Shown here in pieces: positions 1 through 6,718 of a stretch of 37,776 nucleotides of DNA. Under the pieces are notes generated by a model that was given only the letters and a program-made list of their open reading frames with translations, ran no database searches and was not told the origin of the DNA. The stretch is from Patescibacteria group bacterium (GTDB lineage Bacteria > Patescibacteriota > Minisyncoccia > Phycocordibacterales > DATDWN01), in the NCBI GenBank assembly GCA_030917185.1, contig JAUPVF010000050.1:1-37776 (forward strand), read 5' to 3'. Every line of letters begins with the position of its first letter. Position 1 is the stretch's first letter. Position numbers and translations under genes: made by a program.

Positions 1-1727
1 GGATGCAGTGCGGTGGCAATTTCAGTCATTTGTTTTTTGACAGTTTGTTTCTCTCCTTCAATGGTTAGTTTGATATATGTTACAAACGGTGGGTAACCAA
101 CCTGTTTTCGTTCATCTATTTCATCACGATAAAAATCTGCCAAGTTTCCACGGAGAGCATAGTCAAATATCTTGGTGTTAACTTGTCGCGTCTGTACAAG
201 CATCTGTTTTTCTGAAACTGATCTGAGATGGAGTAATATATGAAATATTTTTTCATGGATTCTAAAATCGGGAATGGAAAAAAAGGAGTCCAGCGACACA
301 ACTGCAGTGTGTGCGATTTTTTGGTTGAGGTAGGGAAGTGCCATTTCGGTACCGACCATGACACTGCCTGGGTGAGCATAAAAAGTGTCACGAATTTTGA
401 CTGCCTGAGGGTGGGTGGTCACTCGTTCTTTGTCCATTGCGTATATGTGTATCTGTGGGAACAGTGTTTCAATCTCTTTTACTACTGCATCAATACCTAT
501 GCCGAGTGTTTGTAATCTCCATCCGCCACAATGAACACAAAGTTCCTGTGCGTTGCGCCGTTCACCACAATGATGACAAACAAATAAGTTATCCATCACA
601 TCTCCTTTTTTCTTACTATATAACACAACAGGCGCATTACAGTTTTTGCATGTCACAACAGTTCCGCAGTCACTACAGACTGTGTGAGGGTATAACCCTT
701 TGCGACCACAGAAAAGAAAAACATGTTCGTTGTGTTCTTTGGCATGTTCCAGTGTATGCATTAGTTCGGTGCTGAACAAGGCAAATTTTTTCTTGACCTG
801 ATCTTCAGGTTGGCGTAACGGTACGAGTGTGCATGTTGCTGTGGTCAGTGACCGAAATTTGAGGGGGGACAACTCTGCATATGTGCCGTTTTTGTGTTCC
901 CATAGAGTTTCTGTTCGGAGCAGTGTATCGCCAAAAACTAGCCGGCGATTCATTTCCTTGGCGATATACGTGGCAGAAGTACGTATATCAATAAATGGAC
1001 GGACCTGCATTTTATAACTTCGGGAACTTTCTTTTTCAATAATCAGTGTACTGATGTCTGTTCGGGGAATGGACAGGAATGAACTTGTAGCGATGATGTG
1101 TACGGGATGAGGTTCGGTGATGAGTGTGTTCCAGATAGAAATGATTTCTTTTTTTGACAACCGCGCATGAAGCACATATGCGTATTTTTCTATGCCTTTT
1201 TCTAAAACAGCATGAGCATTTTTCAGGTCCTCCGTTGTCGGTAAACAGAAAAAAACACTTTTACCACGGGCAAATTCTTCACGTACCAAACTTTTGTATG
1301 TGGCATAACGTTCTTCGTCGGTGGATTGCAGGAGAACTGTTTCGTAAAAAGAAGGAGGAGTTTCTGTATTAGAGATTTTTTCTAACTGGTCACTTTGTTC
1401 TAGTATTGCATTTGGGATGTACGCGGACAGTGTACTACCAACACTAGAGGCATGGTAGTTAGCGATTTTATGAATTGCTCGAATAAATGAGTCCAACAGA
1501 AATGAGTGGGTGTGGACCGTGCTGATTTTTTTGATGTTGTATGACAGTGTTTTGAGATCAGATTTGATTTCGGTTGCGTCACGTATACCAACAACGAGTC
1601 CATACACGGTTTTTTTGCGTACTGGTATTGTGACAATTGAACCGGGTGTGACCAATTCCTTGCTAAAATATGTGAGTACGTCTTTAGATATGCCCCGAGA
1701 GAGCGGGATGACAGTCACGATATGCAT
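1..1727 (-). CDS. priA: primosomal protein N' (PriA)-like; C-terminal end cut by window start; Walker A/B positions look degenerate
   Basis: The minus-strand frame, read codon by codon from ATG 1727 down to nt 3, has no stop. It is absent from the ORF track only because its stop lies outside the window. Translation begins MHIVTVIPLSRGISKDVLTYFS (PriA N-terminal style). It contains the Cys-rich zinc module CGRKGLYPHTVCSDCGTVVTCKNCNAPVVLY...FVCHHCGERRNAQELCVHCGG and a C-terminal ...DERKQVGYPPF. Confidence 0.8.
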   Translation of the reverse strand, partial: MHIVTVIPLSRGISKDVLTYFSKELVTPGSIVTIPVRKKTVYGLVVGIRDATEIKSDLKTLSYNIKKISTVHTHSFLLDSFIRAIHKIANYHASSVGSTLSAYIPNAILEQSDQLEKISNTETPPSFYETVLLQSTDEERYATYKSLVREEFARGKSVFFCLPTTEDLKNAHAVLEKGIEKYAYVLHARLSKKEIISIWNTLITEPHPVHIIATSSFLSIPRTDISTLIIEKESSRSYKMQVRPFIDIRTSATYIAKEMNRRLVFGDTLLRTETLWEHKNGTYAELSPLKFRSLTTATCTLVPLRQPEDQVKKKFALFSTELMHTLEHAKEHNEHVFLFCGRKGLYPHTVCSDCGTVVTCKNCNAPVVLYSKKKGDVMDNLFVCHHCGERRNAQELCVHCGGWRLQTLGIGIDAVVKEIETLFPQIHIYAMDKERVTTHPQAVKIRDTFYAHPGSVMVGTEMALPYLNQKIAHTAVVSLDSFFSIPDFRIHEKIFHILLHLRSVSEKQMLVQTRQVNTKIFDYALRGNLADFYRDEIDERKQVGYPPFVTYIKLTIEGEKQTVKKQMTEIATALH

Positions 1728-1734
1728 AGAAGCA

Positions 1735-2475
1735 TTATATCACGACCTGCATCAGGGTATCGCCGTCCAAAACATAGAGAGAGTTTTCATCAACGGGGAT
1801 GAATAATGGTGATCCTCCTTTGTATAGTGGCATAAAGTTTTGGATGCTGTCTGTTGATGATTCAATAACATACACACTGTTATATGTTGAAAAAATAATT
1901 GCATCCGAGCGGTTTTTGTAAAAAGTGACATTGCGAACAATTGTATCTGGAGTGATGATTGTGTGGACGGTTGATGTTCCTAATTGTGTAAGAATACTGT
2001 TTTCTTCTACCCAGAGACGGGTGTTATCGGATGCAACAAGCGGATTGTCTTTTGTTGGTAATGTTTTTGTCTGTACAGAATATTTGATGGTCCAATACTC
2101 TGGATCATTTTGTGTAATAATCTGTCCACTCTGATTTTGGCTGACAAAAAAAGGTTTGAGGGAAATGCTCCCATTTTTTGGGACAGTTATATTTTTTGTC
2201 CACGGAAAATATCCTTCACGAGTAACAATAATGTTGTGATATCGGGGCGACAACGGGACAGTGACCGTCTCATTGTCTTTTGTGGTGGTTATTTTTGTGT
2301 TTTGGTCAATGATAACTGTTGTATTTGGTAACGCGAGAGTAATATTAACTTGACCGATTTTACCAATCCAATAATGATCGGTCAGTCTGTATCCTGTGTT
2401 GTATAATATTCCGCCGATAATGAGAATCAGGATACCGATTCCGATCGCCGTGTTCAGTTTTGATTTATTACTCAT
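1735..2475 (-). CDS. membrane-anchored hypothetical protein with PEGA-like beta-sandwich segment (tentative)
   Basis: ORF 1735..2616 trimmed to Met48 (MSNKSKLNTAIGIGILILIIGGILY: short tail plus TM helix). The longer form would run through the mreB start and the shared promoter. REGYFPWTKNITVPKNGSISLKPFF resembles the PEGA motif. The stop lies 7 nt before the priA ATG, so a probable operon. Confidence 0.7.
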   Translation of the reverse strand: MSNKSKLNTAIGIGILILIIGGILYNTGYRLTDHYWIGKIGQVNITLALPNTTVIIDQNTKITTTKDNETVTVPLSPRYHNIIVTREGYFPWTKNITVPKNGSISLKPFFVSQNQSGQIITQNDPEYWTIKYSVQTKTLPTKDNPLVASDNTRLWVEENSILTQLGTSTVHTIITPDTIVRNVTFYKNRSDAIIFSTYNSVYVIESSTDSIQNFMPLYKGGSPLFIPVDENSLYVLDGDTLMQVVI

Positions 2476-2494
2476 GTGGGATATTATAGTGCAT

Positions 2495-3508
2495 ATGAGC
2501 ATTTTTTCCAAAAAATTAGGTATTGACTTGGGCACAGCAAATACGTTGGTTTTTGTGCCTGGTCGCGGTGTGGTGCTCAATGAGCCATCTGTAGTTGCGG
2601 TGTCGGAAGAAGACAATAAAATAATGGCTATTGGAATAGAAGCAAAACAAATGATTGGACGTACTCCAGACAGTATTATTGCCTATCGACCAATGAAAGA
2701 CGGAGTGATTGCTGATTATCGGGTTACAGAGGCAATGCTCCGGTATTACATGGATAAAGCGCTCGGCAAATGGAATTTTGTTAAACCTGAGGTGCTGGTA
2801 TCGGTTCCTGCCGGAGTGACTTCAACAGAACGTCGTGCAGTTATTGAGGCAGCGATACGAGCGGGTGCAAAAAATGCGTATGTGGTTAAGGAACCGATAT
2901 TGGCAGCCATTGGTGCAGGTATTCCGATTCATGAGGCAATGGGTCATATGATTGTTGATATTGGTGGGGGGACGACTGACGTGGCAGTGATTTCTTTGGG
3001 AGGTATTGTTTCGTCAACTTCAGTTAAATGTGCGGGGAATAAAATTGATTACGCAATTGCGGATTATATTAAAAAAACATTCAATTTGGGTATTGGAGAT
3101 AAAACTGCTGAAGACATCAAAATAAAAGTTGGTTCGGCTATTCCTCTTGATGAGGAATTATCAATCACGATTAATGGTCGCGATTTTATTTCAGGACTTC
3201 CTCGAAGTGTGGAAATAAAAACAAATGAAATCGTAAAAGCAATCAGTAAAGATTTGCGAGAAATGATTAAGGCGATTAAGGATGTGTTGCAAGAAACTCC
3301 GCCAGAACTTTCCTCTGATATTATTGACCGAGGTATCATTATGACTGGAGGTACATCACAGTTACGTAATTTCCCTGAACTGGTGTTTCGGCGAACGGGT
3401 GTAAAAGCGGTGTTAGCAAAAGATGCGTTGTATTGTGTGGTTAAGGGAACGGGTATTGCATTGGAACATTTGGATACCTACAAACGGACTATTATTGCAA
3501 AGCGATAG
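2495..3508 (+). CDS. mreB: actin-like rod-shape protein MreB, paralog 1 (not linked to mreCD)
   Basis: ORF 2396..3508 trimmed to Met34: MSIFSKKLGIDLGTANTLVFVPGRGVVLNEPSVVAV. Also has DIGGGTTDVAVISLGG and a typical MreB C-terminus. Confidence 0.9.
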   Translation: MSIFSKKLGIDLGTANTLVFVPGRGVVLNEPSVVAVSEEDNKIMAIGIEAKQMIGRTPDSIIAYRPMKDGVIADYRVTEAMLRYYMDKALGKWNFVKPEVLVSVPAGVTSTERRAVIEAAIRAGAKNAYVVKEPILAAIGAGIPIHEAMGHMIVDIGGGTTDVAVISLGGIVSSTSVKCAGNKIDYAIADYIKKTFNLGIGDKTAEDIKIKVGSAIPLDEELSITINGRDFISGLPRSVEIKTNEIVKAISKDLREMIKAIKDVLQETPPELSSDIIDRGIIMTGGTSQLRNFPELVFRRTGVKAVLAKDALYCVVKGTGIALEHLDTYKRTIIAKR

Positions 3509-3509
3509 T

Positions 3510-4184
3510 ATGAACATATTTGAGGATACATATAAAAAAACCGGAGCATTACACCATGCATATGTTTGTGTTGGGGATGTTGTATCTGCCCGACAAAGTC
3601 TTGATGATTTTTTAGAACATACATTACAGTTTTCTGTTGCGGGAAACCCTGATATGCGAGTTTTTGTGTCAGACACATTTACTAAAGATGATGCTCATGA
3701 ATTATTTATCGCAGAAGAGCGAAAAGGTTTTGCTGGTGGTAGAAAGATTTTTATTATTCAAATTAGTGTGATTACCGAAGAAGCCCAAAACGCATTGCTA
3801 AAGGTTTTTGAAGAGCCGACAGAAGGCACACATTTTTTTGTTCTTATTCCGCAAGACATATTACTCCCTACATTACGTTCTCGTGTTCACATCATTTCGG
3901 ATAGTGCGTGGCATGGGGCATCTGTGCTACCAGGGTCACTACTGAAAAAACCATTAGCAGAAAAAATGGCGCTGGTGAAAGAAATTGTTCAAGGGATTGC
4001 TGATGAAGAAAAAACAAAACAAGATGCAGTTGTGCTGTTAAATCAGATTGAAGCAGAGTTGTATCATAATGGAGTGGAAAAATCTGCCCATGCATTAGAA
4101 ATCTGTGAGCAAGCCCGAGCATCACTCTATGATCGTGGTGCCCCAGTCAAGATGATATTAGAGCAAGTGATGTTATCTGTTTGA
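3510..4184 (+). CDS. holB: DNA polymerase III delta' subunit-like clamp-loader protein
   Basis: ORF 3423..4184 trimmed to MNIFEDTYKK (ATG 1 nt after the mreB stop). Motifs: GRKIFIIQ, AQNALLKVFEEPTEGTHFFVL, TLRSRV (AAA+ clamp-loader style). Confidence 0.75.
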   Translation: MNIFEDTYKKTGALHHAYVCVGDVVSARQSLDDFLEHTLQFSVAGNPDMRVFVSDTFTKDDAHELFIAEERKGFAGGRKIFIIQISVITEEAQNALLKVFEEPTEGTHFFVLIPQDILLPTLRSRVHIISDSAWHGASVLPGSLLKKPLAEKMALVKEIVQGIADEEKTKQDAVVLLNQIEAELYHNGVEKSAHALEICEQARASLYDRGAPVKMILEQVMLSV

Positions 4185-4229
4185 TTGTGGGTTCAATTGG
4201 TGGTATAACAAAGGTGGAAAGGGGTTTGT

Positions 4230-4613
4230 ATGTCTAGTCTCCCTATCGTACAGAGTCTGGATCAATTTGATGAATTGGTCTATAAATATCTGATTGCTAA
4301 TAAGAGAAAGAACGAGGTGAAATTCAGTGTGAACGGGGACAGACCCGTTCTTGCTAGGATTTTTGATACATGTGGGTATCAGTCGATTTTTGATTACCTA
4401 ACTGAACTTGTAACGGATCACCTGATATATTCTGATTTTTCTTTGGACAGTCGGGTGGAAACAATGGAGTTGATCTTGAGAGAGTTATTGCATCATTTCA
4501 AAAACACACGCCGTTCATCCGAGTTTGAACAGGCAGTTGGCAAACTTATCTGTTTGCTAAGCGAAACACATAACATCCGTTTCGTTCGGCACAAAAAGGT
4601 GCCCCACCGGTAG
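4230..4613 (+). CDS. hypothetical protein, 127 aa, no recognisable motif
   Basis: Clean ORF preceded by TGgTATAAC (4201-4209) and a GGAAAGGGG SD-like run, followed by a hairpin terminator. Confidence 0.65.
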   Translation: MSSLPIVQSLDQFDELVYKYLIANKRKNEVKFSVNGDRPVLARIFDTCGYQSIFDYLTELVTDHLIYSDFSLDSRVETMELILRELLHHFKNTRRSSEFEQAVGKLICLLSETHNIRFVRHKKVPHR

Positions 4614-4619
4614 GTTCCG

Positions 4620-4660
4620 TGACCCTAGCAGTTCCATATTGCTGGGGTCATATTATTTTT
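4620..4660 (+). terminator. intrinsic terminator after 4230..4613
   Basis: TGACCCTAGC (4620-4629) pairs with GCTGGGGTCA (4641-4650) with one G-U pair, followed by a T-rich tract. Confidence 0.6.
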
Positions 4661-4669
4661 TATTAGAAA

Positions 4670-4678
4670 TGCTATAAT
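4670..4678 (+). promoter_or_regulatory. extended -10 TGcTATAAT ending 6 nt before the frr ATG (leaderless-type promoter)
   Basis: T4670 G4671 c TATAAT 4673-4678, ATG at 4685, no SD in the 6-nt gap. Confidence 0.5.
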
Positions 4679-4684
4679 GCAGGT

Positions 4685-5236
4685 ATGGCATACAATTTCA
4701 CACCATTTAGACAAAATATAAAAGAATTAGAAGAGTGGCTTAAACGAGAAATGGCTACCATTCGTACTGGTCGTGCAACACCTGCAATTTTGGATGGAAT
4801 AAAAGTTGAGGCATATGGCACCGAGATGCCAATCAATCAAGTTGCAAACATGTCCGTTGAGGACGCGCGAATGATTCGTATTACTCCGTGGGATGCAACA
4901 CAGACAAAAGCAATTGAGAAGGCAATCGTTGCAGGAGACCTCGGTCTTTCAGTTGCGGTTGATGGTGTTGGTTTACGAGTCACATTTCCAGAATTAACAG
5001 GTGAGCGACGTACCGCATTAATCAAAGTTGCGAAACAAAAATTAGAGGATGCTCGGGTGACGTTGCGGAATGAACGGGAGAAAATAATAAAAGATGTAGA
5101 TGCACAGGAAAAAAGTGGCACTATATCAGAAGATGAAAAGTTTCGTGTCAAAACAGAATTGCAGAAAATGGTAGATGAAGCAGGGAAAACATTAGATGAG
5201 GTGTTTGCTAAAAAAGAGAAAGAAATAACTGAGTAA
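4685..5236 (+). CDS. frr: ribosome recycling factor
   Basis: 183 aa. IRTGRATPAILDGIKVEAYG...LGLSVAVDGVGLRVTFPELTGERR...KLEDARVTLRNER is typical Frr. Confidence 0.95.
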   Translation: MAYNFTPFRQNIKELEEWLKREMATIRTGRATPAILDGIKVEAYGTEMPINQVANMSVEDARMIRITPWDATQTKAIEKAIVAGDLGLSVAVDGVGLRVTFPELTGERRTALIKVAKQKLEDARVTLRNEREKIIKDVDAQEKSGTISEDEKFRVKTELQKMVDEAGKTLDEVFAKKEKEITE

Positions 5237-5257
5237 AATAAAAATCTCTTTCTCATC

Positions 5258-5340
5258 ATATCTTTTTGAAACACGCGTTCGCGACGGGCTGTCGCGCCGC
5301 TCGGCTCTCGGCTACCCGCCTGCGACGGTTTCAAAAAGAT
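5258..5340 (+). repeat. GC-rich nested palindromic element, copy A
   Basis: ATATCTTTTTGAAAC ... GTTTCAAAAAGAT terminal inverted repeats enclose a GC-rich core. It differs from copies B/C only at six positions inside hairpin 5280-5296. Lies 21 nt after the frr stop. Confidence 0.85.
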
Positions 5341-5388
5341 GTGATTTCAACCAGATTTTTATACATTTGATCCATATCAATACAACAT

Positions 5389-6492
5389 ATGTCTGTCATC
5401 ATATTTATAATTGCACTTGCTGTTTTAATTCTTGTCCATGAGTTTGGGCATTTTATTGTTGCCAAAAAATCTGGCATTCGTGTTGATGAGTTTGGGTTGG
5501 GGTTACCACCCCGAGCATGGGGTAAAAAGTTTGGCGAAACCCTGTATTCTCTCAACTGGATTCCGTTTGGTGGTTTTGTAAAAATATTTGGTGAGGATAT
5601 TCACGAGGACCCAATTTCTGAACAAGATAAACCTCGTAGTTTTTATTACAAACCAAAATGGATTCAATCAGCGGTGCTCGTTGCCGGAGTAACATTCAAT
5701 GCTCTTTTTGCATGGTTACTTATTTCCGTCGGATTTATGATTGGTTTTCCATCTCCAGTTAATTACGTTAAAGACGTTGCAATCAAAGATCCTCACGTGG
5801 TGATATTGCAAGTGCTTCCAGAATCGCCAGCAGAAAAATCAGGTCTTAAATCAGGGGACACACTATTGTTTGTAGGTGCAGGCAACAATTCTTTACAAGA
5901 CGAGGAATTAACTCCAGAACACATTTCATTATTGATTAAAAATAGTAATGGAGAACAAGTTCAAATGTTATATCGACGAGGGGACACTCCTACCCAGACG
6001 ATTTTTATACAACCAAAAACAGGTTTAGTTTCTGATGGGTTTGGTGTCGGTATTTCTATGGATACAATCGGCACACTAAAACTTCCTGTCTGGCAGGCAC
6101 TGTATGAAGGTGGCAAAACTACAGTTGGTCTTATCAAAACAACAGTAATCGGTCTCGGTACATTTTTATGGAATGCGGTGACATTGAAAGCCGACTTGTC
6201 TCAGGTTGCTGGTCCGGTCGGTATTGCTGGTTCCGTTGGTGAGGCACGACAATTGGGTTTTGTATATCTGCTATCACTGGTTGCTCTTATTTCTATTAAT
6301 CTTGCAGTTATCAACCTTGTGCCATTTCCTGCGCTTGATGGGGGACGACTATTATTTATTTTGATTGAGGTTATTATTCACCGACCAATACCACCGAAAG
6401 TATTTCAGTGGGCTAACGCGGTTGGTTTTGCTTTTCTGTTATTGCTTATGTTTGTCATTACGGGGCACGATATTCTTAAATTATTATTGTAA
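5389..6492 (+). CDS. rseP: RIP zinc metalloprotease RseP (site-2 protease, M50 family)
   Basis: HEFGHFIVAKK zinc motif, PDZ-like middle region, NLVPFPALDGG C-terminal motif, multiple TM segments. Confidence 0.9.
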   Translation: MSVIIFIIALAVLILVHEFGHFIVAKKSGIRVDEFGLGLPPRAWGKKFGETLYSLNWIPFGGFVKIFGEDIHEDPISEQDKPRSFYYKPKWIQSAVLVAGVTFNALFAWLLISVGFMIGFPSPVNYVKDVAIKDPHVVILQVLPESPAEKSGLKSGDTLLFVGAGNNSLQDEELTPEHISLLIKNSNGEQVQMLYRRGDTPTQTIFIQPKTGLVSDGFGVGISMDTIGTLKLPVWQALYEGGKTTVGLIKTTVIGLGTFLWNAVTLKADLSQVAGPVGIAGSVGEARQLGFVYLLSLVALISINLAVINLVPFPALDGGRLLFILIEVIIHRPIPPKVFQWANAVGFAFLLLLMFVITGHDILKLLL

Positions 6493-6616
6493 GAAACTCT
6501 CAAATTTGGCGCATTTCTTTGTCGGAATTCAAAAAATGTTTGTCACCGTACATTAAAGTACGGCTCCAAACTTTTTTCTCTCCCTCCGCGAACTGCATCC
6601 AAATTTGAGGGTTTCT
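6492..6616. repeat. 125-bp element bounded by 18-bp inverted repeats (diverged member of the palindromic element family)
   Basis: AGAAACTCTCAAATTTGG (6492-6509) versus the reverse complement of CCAAATTTGAGGGTTTCT (6599-6616): 17 of 18 match. Inner hairpin CCGTAC/GTACGG (6546-6563). Starts on the last base of the rseP stop codon. Confidence 0.7.
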
Positions 6617-6683
6617 TTGTGGCTATATCTGAGCATGGTTATTAATCCTGATTTCTTATTAATGACCTCTGGCGGGTTTTCTT

Positions 6684-6712
6684 TTGCTCAAAAGTCGTTT
6701 TTCCTATATGAT
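6684..6712 (+). promoter_or_regulatory. putative proS promoter TTGCTC-17-TATGAT; the -10 ends 6 nt before the ATG
   Basis: TTGCTC 6684-6689, TATGAT 6707-6712, ATG 6719. The block is duplicated upstream of mreB2. Confidence 0.45.
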
Positions 6713-6718
6713 AAATAA

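Noticed and set aside
1-1727. The first 1.7 kb has only short ORFs in the supplied track. I considered a pseudogene, a non-coding region or an alternative genetic code.
   Set aside because: Reading the minus strand codon by codon shows one uninterrupted frame from ATG 1727 to the window edge, encoding a PriA-like protein. The track simply omits ORFs without an in-window stop. All other genes read cleanly in the standard code.
4837-5334. 165-aa minus-strand ORF antisense to frr.
   Set aside because: It overlaps the well-supported frr gene completely and runs through repeat copy A. It has no start context and is a typical antisense artefact.
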